The notes below the pieces were generated by a model, which saw only the letters and a program-made list of their open reading frames with translations, ran no database searches and had not been told where the DNA came from. From positions 1,632,001 through 1,696,000 of the forward strand of contig CAWHFW010000005.1 of assembly GCA_963828735.1 (NCBI GenBank): a stretch of 64,000 nucleotides of DNA, written 5' to 3'. This document shows, in pieces, positions 1 through 10,246 of the stretch. The DNA is from an uncultured Gemmatimonadales bacterium (GTDB lineage: Bacteria; Gemmatimonadota; Gemmatimonadetes; Gemmatimonadales; GWC2-71-9). The position numbers and the translations under genes were made by a program. Each line of letters opens with the position of its first letter. The stretch's first letter is position 1.

Positions 1-630
1 CGGACGAACCTGGAGGTAGGCGGCCGGGTGACCGGTCCGTCCGACCTGCTCACCACCATCGACGTGCTCGATCCCGTGTACGTGAGCTTCCGGCCCTCGG
101 CCCAGCAGCTGCTCGCCTGGCATCAGGACCCGGACGCACGCAAGCTGATCCAGCCCGGCAGTCCGCTCTCGGTCGAGGTCGGGCTGCCCGACGGCTCGAA
201 GCTGCCGCGGACCGGGCGGCTCGACTTCGTGGCGCCGTCGCTCGACGCGGTCACGGGTACGCAGGAATTCCGCGCGCTCTTCCACAACCCGGATCGCCTG
301 CTCGTGCCGGGGCAGTTCGTGCAGGTAAGGCTCATCGGCTTCACCCGCGACAGCGCCCTCGCCATTCCGCAGCGGGCGGTCCAGCAGGCGCTGGGGCGGC
401 AGTTCGTCTATGTCGTCGGCCCGGGCGACACCGTCGCCGCGCGCGACATCGAGCCCGGCCCGTGGAGCGGCAACCTCTGGATCATCGACAAGGGCCTCAA
501 CGCGGGCGAGCGGGTCGTGGTGGATGGCACGCAGAAGGCCGCGCCCGGCCGGCCGGTCCGGCCGGTGGCGCTGGCGGACAGCGCGGCCGCCGCACCCGAG
601 TCCACGTCGAAGCTGGGAGCCTCGCGGTGA
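1..630 (+). CDS. RND efflux periplasmic adaptor (MFP) subunit, 5'-partial
   Basis: AcrA/MexA-like C-terminal motifs (LDPVYVSF, LLVPGQFV, IPQRAV, GLNAGERVVVDG); stop overlaps the next GTG start. Confidence 0.93.
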   Translation, partial: RTNLEVGGRVTGPSDLLTTIDVLDPVYVSFRPSAQQLLAWHQDPDARKLIQPGSPLSVEVGLPDGSKLPRTGRLDFVAPSLDAVTGTQEFRALFHNPDRLLVPGQFVQVRLIGFTRDSALAIPQRAVQQALGRQFVYVVGPGDTVAARDIEPGPWSGNLWIIDKGLNAGERVVVDGTQKAAPGRPVRPVALADSAAAAPESTSKLGASR

Positions 631-3600
631 ACGACAGCTCTTCCAACGGGCCCCGCTATTTCTTCATTCGGCGGCCCGTGCTCGCCATCGTCATCAGCCT
701 CATCGTCACCTTGCTCGGCGTGTTCGCGATCCGGCTCCTGCCGATCTCGCGCTACCCGCAGATCACGCCCCCGGCCGTGCAGGTCCAGGCGACGTTCCCC
801 GGCGCCACCGCCGAGGACGTCGCCGAGGCGGTCGCGGCCCCGATCGAGGCGCAGCTCTCCGGCCTTCAGGGCCTGCTCTACTACTCGTCGGCCAACGCGA
901 GCGACGGGACGATGAGCCTGCAGATCTACTTCGACGTGACCCGGAGCCAGGACCTGGCCGCGGTCGACGTGCAGAACGCGGTGAAGCTGGCCGAGTCCCA
1001 GCTGCCGGACGCGGTGCGGCAGAACGGGATCACGATCCTCAAGGCCAACACCGACATCCTCGGCGTCGTGGCGCTCACGTCGAGCGACCCCAGGTACGAC
1101 GCGGCGTATCTCACGAACTACATGAAGCTGAACATCGAGGACGAGATCAAGCGGACGCCCGGGATCGGCAACGCGCTGACCTTCGGCGGCCTCGAGTTCT
1201 CGATGCTGATCCAGCTCGACCCGGACCGCGATGGCGCAGCTCGGCATCACGACGAGCGACGTGGCCGCGGCCGTGCGCGAGCAGAACGTCACCAGCCCGG
1301 CCGGGCGGCTGGGGCGGGAGCCGGCGCCGGTGGGCACGGAGCTCACGCTGCCGGTCACGACGCTCGGTCGGCTCAAGACGCCCGAGCAGTTCGCCGACAT
1401 CGTGGTGCGCGCAAAGGCCGACGGATCGATCGTCCGCGTGCGCGACATCGGCAAGGTGGTGCTCGGCTCGCGCAACTACGATCTCGCCGGCCGGCTGAAC
1501 GGCAGGGCCGTGGCGCCGCTGCTGCTCTACCTCCGGCCGGGCGCCAACGCGCTGGCGGCCAAGGAGGCGGTGGTGAAGCGCATGAACGAGCTGTCGCGCA
1601 ACTTCCCGCCGGGCGTCCAGTACAAGATTCCCTTCGACACGACGCCGTTCGTGACCGCGTCGATCAAGGAAGTCGTGACCACGCTGGTCGAGGCGATGCT
1701 GCTCGTCACGCTGGTGGTCTTCATCTTCCTCCAGAGCTGGCGGGCGACGCTCATCCCGATGCTGGCGGTGCCGGTCAGCGTCATCGGCACGTTCCTCGGC
1801 CTGCTGATGCTCGGCTTCACCATCAACGTGCTGACGCTGTTCGCGCTGGTGCTGGCGATCGGCATCGTCGTGGACGACGCGATCGTCGTCATCGAGAACA
1901 CCGAGCGTCTCATGGCCAACGAGGGCCTCCCGGCTCGCGAGGCCGCCGACCTCGCGATCCGGCAGGTCGCCGGCGCGCTGGTCGCCATCGTGCTGGTGCT
2001 CTGTGCCGTATTCGTGCCGGTGGCGTTCGTCGGCGGGGTGACGGGCGAGATGTTCAAGCAGTTCGCCGTGACGCTCGTGATCGCGGTGGTCCTCTCCGGC
2101 ATCGTGGCGCTCACGCTGACGCCGGCGCTCTGCGCGATGCTCCTCAAGGAGTCCAACGAGGCGCACACCACCGGCATCTTCGGCGCGTTCAACCGGCTGT
2201 TCACGCGCGTGACCCGGGGCTATTCGCGGGGCGTCGCCGGCGTGCTCACCCGGCCCCGGCTCTGGGTCACGGCCTTCCTCCTGATGGTGACCGGCGCGTT
2301 CATGCTCTGGCGCCGCGTGCCGACGGGGTTCATCCCGACCGAGGACAAGGGCTACTTCGCGATCGCGATGCAGCTTCCCGACGCGGCATCGCTGCAGCGC
2401 ACCCAGGCCGTGATCCGACGGGTCGAGGGCTTCCTCCACGAGGAGCCGTCGGTCGTGAACGTGGTCGCGTTCGCGGGGCTCGACGTGCTGACCCGGACCA
2501 ACCAGACCAACAGCGCGACGATCTTCATCCTGCTCAAGCCGTGGGACGAACGCGGGAAGGATCAGACGATCGACGCCATCACCCGGCGGATCAACGGCAA
2601 GCTGTTCGGGATGAAGGACGCGGTCGGATTCGCGTTCAACCTGCCGGAGATCCCGGGCCTGGGCGCCACCTCCGGCGTCGAGGGCAACCTCCAGAACCGG
2701 TCCGGCAAGGACGTGCGCGACTTCGCGCTTCAGGTGCAGGCCTTCGCGGCCGCGGTCAACAAGCTGCCGGCCGTGCAGGGCATGACGACCACGTTCCGCG
2801 CGAACGTGCCGCAGGTGTACCTCGACGTCGATCGCGCGGCCGCGAAGGCGCGCGGCGTGAGCCTCACGGACCTGTTCAGCACCCTACAGACGTTCCTCAG
2901 CACGCTCTACATCAACGACTTCAACCTCTACGGGCGGACCTACCGCGTGCAGGCCGAGGCGCAGCAGCAGTTCCGGCGCACGCCGGAGGATCTCTCGCGG
3001 CTGTACGTCCGCGGGCGCGACAACGAGATGCTGCCGGCGTCCTCGCTCGTGCATACCGAGTTCCGGAGCGGCCCGACCCAGCTCCTGCGCTTCAACGGTT
3101 TCGGGAGCGCCTTCTTCACCGGGACGCCCAAGACGGGACGGAGCAGCGGCGAGGTGATGAAGGAGATCGATCAGCTCGTGGCCCAGCAGTTCGAGCCGCA
3201 GGGCGTCAGTATCGCATACTCGGGGCAGTCGTTCCAGGAGCGCGCCGCGACGGGCCAGGCCGGGCTGGTATTCGCGCTCGGCATGGTGATCGTCTTCCTC
3301 GTGCTCGCGGCGCAGTACGAGAGCTGGGCGATCCCGTTCGCCGTGTTGTTCGGCGTCCCGTTCGGGATGCTGGGCGCGCTGCTGGGCATCTGGCTCCGCG
3401 GAACGCCGAGCGACATCTACTTCCAGGTCGGCCTGATCACGGTGGTCGGGCTGGCGGCCAAGAACGCCATTCTGATCGTCGAGTTCGCCAACGAGATGCG
3501 GCACCGGGGAGTGGATCTTCGCGAGGCCGCGATCGAGGCGGCACGCGAGCGGTTCCGGCCGATTCTCATGACGTCGTTCGCGTTCATCCTCGGCGTCGCG

Positions 3601-3810
3601 CCGCTGGTGATCGCGAGCGGCGCCGGCGCGGGCAGCCGCCACTCGCTCGGCACGGGCGTCTTCGCCGGCATGCTGTTCGCCACGACGATCGGCATCTTCT
3701 TCATCCCGCTCTTCTTCCGCTTGATCGCGGGGCTGGCGGATCTGCGCAAGCGGCAGCCCGCGGGAGCGGGGGAACCGCTTCCGTCGCCGGCGTCGCCGGA
3801 GGCCCGATGA
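627..3810 (+). CDS. HAE1-family RND efflux permease (AcrB/MexB-like), with a +1 frameshift near 1230
   Basis: N-terminus (FFIRRPVLAIVIS, YPQITPP) is in the frame of ORF 462..5297 from GTG 627; the rest (AIGIVVDDAIVVIEN, GLAAKNAILIVEFA, RPILMTS) is in ORF 1231..3810; one extra G in GACCGC-G-ATGGCG. Confidence 0.92.
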
Positions 3811-5297
3811 CGCGGTCTCTGCACGCGTTGGCGCTCGCTGTCCTCGCGGCCGGCTGCGCCGTCGGGCCCAGCTATCACCCGGAGGAGGCCGTTCCGCCCG
3901 CGACCAAAGTGGGAACGGCTCGCTCGAGCGACAGCACGGCCACCTTCTTCGATTCGCTGGCGGCGGCCCGGGCGGGTGACAGCGTCGCGGCGACGCCGCC
4001 GGTGCCGGCTCGGACCCTGACGCCGGACACGCTGGCGAGCCTCGCCTGGCTCGACCTGTTCCGGGACTCCACGATGATCGGCCTGGTGCGCACCGCGCTG
4101 GCGCAGAACCGCGATCTGCAGACCGCCGTGGCGAGGATCCGCGAGTTCCGCGCGGAAGTGGGCATCGCCCGCTCGCCGCTCTTCCCGGAGCTGAGCGCGA
4201 ACGGCAGCGTGAGCACCAACCAGGTCGCGGTGGGCGCGTTCCCGCCGACCTCGTACGACGCCTATCGCGTCACCGGCGACGTGGCCTGGGAGCTCGATTT
4301 CTGGGGCAAGACCCGCCGCGGCATCCAGGCGGCCAGCGCCGATCTCGCCTCGGAGCAGGAGGCGCAACGCGCGGTGGTGCTGTCGCTCGTGAGCGACGTG
4401 GCCACCGGCTACCTGTCGCTGCTCGAGCTCGACCAGGAGCGCACCATCGCCGAGCGGACGCTGGCCTCGCGTCAGGCGACGCTGGCCCTCGCGCGGCAAC
4501 GGTTCGAACAGGGACTGACGTCCGAGCTCGACGTGCGCCAGTTCGAGGCGCAGGTGGCGGTGCCGGCGGCGACCCTCGCGCAGACCGAGCGCCTTCGCGC
4601 CCAGCAGGAGCATGACCTCAGCCTGTTGCTGGGGGAGGCGCCGATGACGGTGGCCCGCGGCGGCACGCTGGTCGAGGCCGTGAGCGCGGTGACGGTGCCC
4701 GACTCGCTCCCGGGGTCCCTGGTGGCGCGGCGACCCGACGTGGCCGCGGCGGAGCGCGCCTACGCGGCGGCGACCGCGCGAATCGGCGTCGCGCGAGCCG
4801 CCCAGTTCCCTACGATCTCGGTCAGCGGGTACTACGGCTCGCAGGCGCCGAGCGCCGATGCGTTCCTCGGCGCGAGATCCGAGATCTATCAGGCGCTGGC
4901 CGGCGTCTCCTTCCCGCTCTTCACGGGCGGCCGGCTGGTCAACCAGACCCGCGCCGCCGAGGCGCGGGCCGAGCAGGCGCGAGCCCAGTACGAGCAGAGC
5001 GTGCTCGTGGCGCTCCGCGAGGCGAGCGACGCCTTGGTCGGCGTGCGCACCGCCCGTGATCAGGTGGCCGCGCAGGCCACCCAGGCCCAGGCCCTGCGCC
5101 GCGCACTGCAGCTCGCGGACCTGCGCTACCGGACGGGCATCGCGAGCTATCTGGAGGTGCTCGATGCGCAACGCGGGCTGTTCGATGCCGAGCTCGCCTT
5201 GAGCCAGGCCCAGCTCCTTCAGCTGTCGGCGGCGGTGGAGCTGTATCGGGCGCTCGGTGGGAGCTGGTCGGTGGAGGGGACGAGCGGACAGCGCTGA
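3807..5297 (+). CDS. Efflux outer-membrane factor lipoprotein (NodT/OprM family)
   Basis: ATGA overlap with the permease; lipobox LAAGC; WELDFWG, RRPDVAAAE, LYRALGGSW. Confidence 0.93.
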   Translation: MTRSLHALALAVLAAGCAVGPSYHPEEAVPPATKVGTARSSDSTATFFDSLAAARAGDSVAATPPVPARTLTPDTLASLAWLDLFRDSTMIGLVRTALAQNRDLQTAVARIREFRAEVGIARSPLFPELSANGSVSTNQVAVGAFPPTSYDAYRVTGDVAWELDFWGKTRRGIQAASADLASEQEAQRAVVLSLVSDVATGYLSLLELDQERTIAERTLASRQATLALARQRFEQGLTSELDVRQFEAQVAVPAATLAQTERLRAQQEHDLSLLLGEAPMTVARGGTLVEAVSAVTVPDSLPGSLVARRPDVAAAERAYAAATARIGVARAAQFPTISVSGYYGSQAPSADAFLGARSEIYQALAGVSFPLFTGGRLVNQTRAAEARAEQARAQYEQSVLVALREASDALVGVRTARDQVAAQATQAQALRRALQLADLRYRTGIASYLEVLDAQRGLFDAELALSQAQLLQLSAAVELYRALGGSWSVEGTSGQR

Positions 5298-5317
5298 GGT
5301 CGAGCCGTTTGCTCGAT

Positions 5318-5743
5318 CTAGAGCTCGACGGTCACGCTCCGACAGACCAGCTGATCGTCCTGACACACGCTGACGTGGAGGGTCCCGTGGACGTCCTCGT
5401 GCCTCCCCGGCAGCACGGCGGACGGCGGCTCCGCGAAGTAGGCCGAGTCGGAGGTCAGGCGACCGCTCGCGAACCTCAGCACGGTTCCGCCGGTCGTCTC
5501 GAGGGCCGGGGCCAGGCGAGCGTTGAGCTTGAGATGCGGTCCGGCGTGCAGCGTCACCCGCGTGTCGGGTCCGTCGGGCGCCGTGGTGAGATGGAGCGTG
5601 GCCCCGGCGGGTGTCGGCGCGCGGCAGCCGAGCGCCGCTCCCGCCATCAGGAGCAGGAACATCGCCTTGCATGACCCGGAAAAGGCGGGAGCCGCGGGTC
5701 GCGCCGGCCATATCGAAGCGATGCGCACCGTCGATATGCTCAC
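5318..5743 (-). CDS. Hypothetical exported protein with a C-terminal Cys pair (DsbD N-terminal-like); start may be 5662
   Basis: Hydrophobic segment ending ALGC; VSVCQDDQLVCR; lies directly downstream of the redoxin. Confidence 0.55.
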   Translation of the reverse strand: MSISTVRIASIWPARPAAPAFSGSCKAMFLLLMAGAALGCRAPTPAGATLHLTTAPDGPDTRVTLHAGPHLKLNARLAPALETTGGTVLRFASGRLTSDSAYFAEPPSAVLPGRHEDVHGTLHVSVCQDDQLVCRSVTVEL

Positions 5744-5747
5744 GTAG

Positions 5748-6335
5748 TCACTCCGCCAGCAGCTTCCGGATCCGCTCGTCCCACGTGCGGTAGGTCCCGT
5801 CGTTCAGGTGGAACTCCCCGTATCCCTCGTACCTGATGTTCCCGCGCTTGTCGATCAGCACGAAGCTGGGCCAGTAGCGAATGTTGTAGAGGTCCCAGGT
5901 CTTCGAGTCGTTGTCCTGCGCGTTGGGGTATTCGATGCCGTACTTCCGGAGGGCGCGCTCCACGTTCCCCTTGTCGTGCTCCCCGGCGTATGGCGGGAAC
6001 TCGGGTGTGTGCACGCCGATCACGGTGAGTCCCTGGTCGCGGTACCTCTTGTCGAAGTCTACCAGCGAGGGCACGGTGTTGGTGCAGTTCCAGCAGGTGA
6101 AGACCCAGAAGTTGAGCAGGACCACCCGGCCCTTGAGCTCGGACAGGGTCAGCGGGTGATCGCTATTGAGCCAGCTCGTGTTGCTCCAGGCCGGGGCTGG
6201 GGCGGACATGCGGGACGGCTCGTTGAGCAGCGGAACGCGCGCCTGCGCCTGCGCCCGACTGGCCGACTCGAGAGCGGCGCCACCGGCCGCGGCGGCGGCC
6301 AGGGACAGGAAGAAATGCAGGGTTGGGCGGGACAT
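5748..6335 (-). CDS. Exported redoxin / TlpA-DipZ-like thioredoxin-fold protein
   Basis: Signal peptide; LKGRVVLLNFWVFTCWNC, GVHTPEF, YWPSFVLIDKRG. Confidence 0.9.
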   Translation of the reverse strand: MSRPTLHFFLSLAAAAAGGAALESASRAQAQARVPLLNEPSRMSAPAPAWSNTSWLNSDHPLTLSELKGRVVLLNFWVFTCWNCTNTVPSLVDFDKRYRDQGLTVIGVHTPEFPPYAGEHDKGNVERALRKYGIEYPNAQDNDSKTWDLYNIRYWPSFVLIDKRGNIRYEGYGEFHLNDGTYRTWDERIRKLLAE

Positions 6336-6441
6336 GTAGCGACTCCGGAAGTGGACATCCGGGGAACGTCACCACGGGCCGAACGGTTTCCTCCGGCTCC
6401 CTTGGCGGGTCCCGGGCCCCTTTCTATATTCCCACCCCCAC

Positions 6442-6514
<73 letters not shown>

Positions 6515-6556
6515 CTCCCCGTAAGCACTTATTACGACATGGTTTGTTATTATGCA

Positions 6557-6578
6557 GGCCACCTAAATGTGGGTGGCC
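6557..6578 (+). terminator. GGCCACC/GGTGGCC hairpin downstream of the tRNA
   Basis: Inverted repeat followed by GTTCTTGTTTT; the same stem recurs at 21893 and 25730. Confidence 0.65.
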
Positions 6579-6590
6579 GTTCTTGTTTTG

Positions 6591-6610
6591 GTACCTGAAA
6601 CGTACCTGAA
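6591..6610. repeat. Tandem GTACCTGAA repeat, 11-bp period (putative integrase arm-type sites)
   Basis: GTACCTGAA-AC-GTACCTGAA; related pairs at 8073 and 18796. Confidence 0.6.
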
Positions 6611-6795
6611 ATTCCTTCACCCCGAACGAATTTCTCCCGAACGCATCCGGAGAGCCTGTGCTGATTTCGGATATCAATTGGGGTGGCGCGCCGCTCCGCT
6701 CGCTCCCGACCTCCTTGTGAGGCTGTGGACCATAGGGTTTCACAAGGTCGTTTGCAGCTGATTAGCAATTCCTTAGGCTGACAACGAGCATCGCG

Positions 6796-7053
6796 ATGAA
6801 TCGTTTCGGCATTCCTGCGAACATAGAGCAGAGGATAAGGTCACGAGACACGCGCTGCGTGTACTGTAGCAAGCAATTCTCCTGCGCTTCACGTAAGGAC
6901 ATGCCGACCATCGAGCATCTGCACGAGAAACGGCCCTTCTATTGGGCGGAAGGCTTGAAGGAGGAGGGTCTGGCCATTTGCTGCGGTAGCTGCAACGGAG
7001 CCGGTGAGAAGATACCTCCGATCCGCAAGGTGAGCGCTCGAAGTCACGGATGA
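6796..7053 (+). CDS. Small HNH endonuclease-like protein, possibly truncated
   Basis: RD-x-CVYC...TIEH...LAICCGSCN zinc-binding HNH pattern. Confidence 0.7.
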   Translation: MNRFGIPANIEQRIRSRDTRCVYCSKQFSCASRKDMPTIEHLHEKRPFYWAEGLKEEGLAICCGSCNGAGEKIPPIRKVSARSHG

Positions 7054-7389
7054 CCATCAAGGCGAAACAATCTCGCGAGCATTGTGATTTTTTTCTGAAG
7101 GCACCATCTCGACCGATTTTTCTCCCCAAGCATCCTCGCGACCCCTGGCCACGCCTTTGCTCGGGCCACCAACTCGCACGCACCGAAATCCGTTTACTAC
7201 GCTCGCGCCTCGGTGTCAGCCAGCTCGCCCGCGAGGACGCACGGGTTCCGGTCAAGCACCGGGACTACAGCACGGAGCACGCCATTCTGGTCACGAGACG
7301 ACACGGTTTGTGAAGCAGCCGAATATTATTGAGCAGAAGGCTTATAGGGTTACCTGGGGGTGATAGGCGAAGGGGGGACAAAGAAGACA

Positions 7390-8007
7390 ATGAAAACATC
7401 ACTTCAGGCAAGCAAGAGCGTACTGTCGCTCATTGACCACCAGTCAAATCTGTTCAATGGAATTATGTCGCATAAGCCGGCATATATAAAAAACAATGTG
7501 CTGGCATTGGCAAAAGGTGCATCGATATTGGGAATTCCGGTTGTACTGACCGTGATAAGTCCACAAACTAATGGACCGATGATTTCTGAAATCACTGAAA
7601 TGTTTCCTGATGTTTCCGTAATAGTCCGCAAACATCCTTCATTCAATGCTTTTGACGAGCCGGAATTTGTTCAGGCAATAAGAAATACGGGACGAGAACA
7701 ACTCGTACTTACCGGTCTGTGGACCAGCATGTGTATGTCGTTCAGCGCACAGCAAGCTTTGCAGGAAGGTTTCGAAGTCTTCGGAGTGATGGATACTTCC
7801 GGTTCCGAATCGTTGGATGCATACAATATGGCTGTGCAACGTATGACTGGTGCAGGAGTAATACCTTGCACGTGGATGCAAACTGTTTCTGAATGGATGG
7901 ATAACTGGCTAAACCCTAAGGCTGGCGACATGTTCACTCAAGTGTACTGTCCGTACAGCAAAGGCAATCCGTTTTTTGACCAAGATATGCCTGAAGGCAC
8001 CAATTAG
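7390..8007 (+). CDS. Isochorismatase-family cysteine hydrolase (YcaC-like)
   Basis: LIDHQ, GIPVVLT, NAFD, LTGLWTSMC; clearly more AT-rich than the host genes. Confidence 0.88.
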   Translation: MKTSLQASKSVLSLIDHQSNLFNGIMSHKPAYIKNNVLALAKGASILGIPVVLTVISPQTNGPMISEITEMFPDVSVIVRKHPSFNAFDEPEFVQAIRNTGREQLVLTGLWTSMCMSFSAQQALQEGFEVFGVMDTSGSESLDAYNMAVQRMTGAGVIPCTWMQTVSEWMDNWLNPKAGDMFTQVYCPYSKGNPFFDQDMPEGTN

Positions 8008-8072
8008 AGATCACATTGCGGGTCGCTGGGCACCCCTTGTCGGGGGATGTTGGGTAGCGGTAGGAACTTTCA

Positions 8073-8092
8073 GTACCTGTGTAGTACCTGAA
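8073..8092. repeat. Tandem GTACCTG repeat, 11-bp period
   Basis: GTACCTG-TGTA-GTACCTGAA, 145 bp upstream of att copy 1. Confidence 0.55.
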
Positions 8093-8217
8093 CTCCGTGG
8101 TATTGAAGGGTTCTCGGTGATGCTCGATGCTCGATGCTCCCATGGGCCTGTCGTAACTCATGGCTGGGCGGCCGCTAATCGTTCTGGACAGAGCTGGAGG
8201 AATCGACCGATGACGCC

Positions 8218-8258
8218 CTGAAATCCGCGTGTCGGGGGTTCGATTCCCTCTCTGGCCA
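8218..8258 (+). repeat. tRNA-Phe 3'-end duplicate 1 (att-like)
   Basis: Matches 6473-6514 except for one missing A. Confidence 0.95.
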
Positions 8259-8375
8259 CTCCGCAAAATCAACGGATTAGTAACTGCGGCAACGAGTTTG
8301 GGATTTTCCCGCTTGTGCCTCTGTGGTTCCCTGATTTCCTGTCTTTCCCTGAGTTTTGGGCCCTTGCACGACGTT

Positions 8376-8580
8376 GCTCTGCGGAAATCGACCCGAACGC
8401 TATTGCAGCCCTGAGGGAGCACTTTCCTGGCATTCCGATGGCGGAAGACATCACTCGGCTGAAGCGGTTGCCTGTGGGGACCTCTTTGGTTGCTGGGGGA
8501 TTCCCATGTCAGGATTGTCACAAGCTGGTCGTACAGCGGGCATCCACGGGAAGAACTCGGGCCTGGTCAATCACGTGTAG
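8376..8580 (+). pseudogene. C5 DNA-cytosine methyltransferase fragment
   Basis: EIDPNA...EDIT...AGGFPCQD, then LSQAGRTAGIHGKNSGL in a shifted frame; motif I and the C-terminal part are absent. Confidence 0.8.
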
Positions 8581-8747
8581 GAAGGGGCCGTATTGATCAC
8601 ACAGGGGTGAAGACCGCGACAAGTTACGTCGCCGAGATACTTCCATCCGAGGTAGCTGGTCCAGCGTGATGCGCGCCCGGTGCACGGCCGAAGCAGTAGT
8701 CGGGCGCGAAGCCGGAACGCCACGCGCCCGGTACTGCCGTACTCGGT

Positions 8748-9179
8748 CTACTCTTCTCCCATCGCCTTTTCTCCCATCGCCCGCTCGACCGCGCGAGCTA
8801 GAATGGCTTGCCGGACCGCGCGCTTCACAAGGGCCCTCTTCAGCGCACGCTTCTTCACCGCGCGCTTCGCGACCGCCCGCTTCAGCGCACGCTTCTTCAC
8901 CGCGCGCTTCGCGACCGCCCGCTTCAGCGCACGCTTCTTCACCGCGCGCTTCGCGACCGCCCGCTTCAGCGCACGCTTCTTCACCGCGCGCTTCGCGACC
9001 GCCCGCTTCAGCGCACGCTTCTTCACCGCGCGCTTCGCGACCGCCCGCTTCAGCGCACGCTTCTTCACCGCGCGCTTCGCGACTGCCCGCTTCAGCGCAC
9101 GCTTCTTCACCGCGCGCTTCGCGACTGCCCGCTTCACTTTCCGCCTCGCTGCCGCTTTCTTGATTGCTTTGGGTGGCAC
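8748..9179 (-). CDS. Lys/Arg/Ala-rich histone H1-like repeat protein (143 aa)
   Basis: AAGGAGG RBS before GTG 9179; seven copies of KRAVAKRAVKKRAL. Confidence 0.7.
   Translation of the reverse strand: MPPKAIKKAAARRKVKRAVAKRAVKKRALKRAVAKRAVKKRALKRAVAKRAVKKRALKRAVAKRAVKKRALKRAVAKRAVKKRALKRAVAKRAVKKRALKRAVAKRAVKKRALKRALVKRAVRQAILARAVERAMGEKAMGEE
8839..9132. repeat. 42-bp tandem repeat, 7 copies
   Basis: TTCAGCGCACGCTTCTTCACCGCGCGCTTCGCGAC(C/T)GCCCGC units at 8839, 8881, 8923, 8965, 9007, 9049, 9091. Confidence 0.95.
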
Positions 9180-9456
9180 TTTTCCCTCCTTCTGACTGCC
9201 CGAGGACCGCGGGAACGCCCGCGCGCGACGCTGCCACCCACGATGGGGATGGACAGCCTGGCCCAATACTAGTTTGAGCACCGGATTACTGAACAGTGGA
9301 CTCTAGTGCAGGCTGCGGTGCTGCAGTGCGGGAGCCAGGGAAGACGAAGGGCACGAACGCTGCGATCGAGCGGTTAGGTACTCTAAAGACATCGGGCCTG
9401 GCCATCATAGCTGGGCCCCATGTCTCTCACGATGAGGTGAGTGCGGTCGCTTCGAT

Positions 9457-10246
9457 CTACGCGAAATCCTCTGGAGCAGGCGGTCGGAAGATCAGATCGA
9501 AGGCCAGGAAGAGATCCTTGGAGAAGGGGTAGAAAAGCACCGGCGCAACCACCATCATTGCCATACCCCCATACAGAAGTAGTCCCCATGGGGGCGCAGG
9601 CCATCGGTATATGAGAATGCCCACGAAGATTGCTCCGAAGAACAGCTCCGCCGCCACAATGTTGAGCATATAGGCCCCGACCTGATAGCCCTCCTCGCCC
9701 CGCTCCAGGCGCATTCGACAGATCGGGCAGCGGGACCTGCATCTGGAGCCAATTCTTGAAGAGTGGCCCGCCCCCACAGTTCGGGCAGCGAAGCCGCGCT
9801 GCCCGCCAGAGCAGAGAGATTGGACGCGCCCAGGAGGTTTCTTGCCCGGAGGCCGTCAGCGGGGTCTCGGAACCCTTCGGGGGCCCACCTCGGGGCCGGA
9901 TGTGCTTCCTTGGTGAGTGCTGCGCGGGGGCTACCGATCCAACTCTCGTTCCCCATTTGGCTTCGAGTTGTCGGGCGAGATCCAACGGAACCGGCACCGC
10001 CAATACGCGCTCGGTTTGGGAGAGCTGGCTCTGCGGCGTGGGGTGTGGGGAATCCTCTCGATCCTCTACGGCAGCTTCGAGCCACCCGGAGAGTGCGTCC
10101 TGCGCGATGGCTAAGACATCCTCCCCGGGCTCGACGAACGTACGGCAGCCGGGACAGTCGGGAAAGCTGATAAGGGTGTAGGTGCCTTCTGTGGTGAGAA
10201 TCGCCGGGTAACTCACCGACGCCTCAGTCTCGAGCGGCTTCATCAC
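9457..10246 (-). CDS. HicB-like antitoxin domain in frame with a DUF983-family membrane domain (frameshift near 9740)
   Basis: N-terminus YPAIL...ISFPDCPGCRT...AQDALSGWLE; C-terminus RLRCPNCG/CPIC...ERGEEGY...FYPFSK closely matches the ORF at 53922. Confidence 0.65.

Noticed and set aside
462..5297. 1611-aa ORF appearing to fuse an RND permease to an outer-membrane factor
   Set aside because: Artefact of one frameshift at about 1230 plus a stop-free alternative frame in high-GC DNA; the middle is nonsense and the OMF has its own ATG at 3807.
8839..9132. Possible CRISPR array
   Set aside because: Head-to-tail 42-bp units with no unique spacers and no cas genes; the unit is a multiple of three and encodes a basic repeat.
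8666..9272. Alternative-frame and antisense ORFs over the 42-bp repeat
   Set aside because: They are open only because the repeat lacks stops; only the minus-strand KRAV frame has a clear RBS and start.
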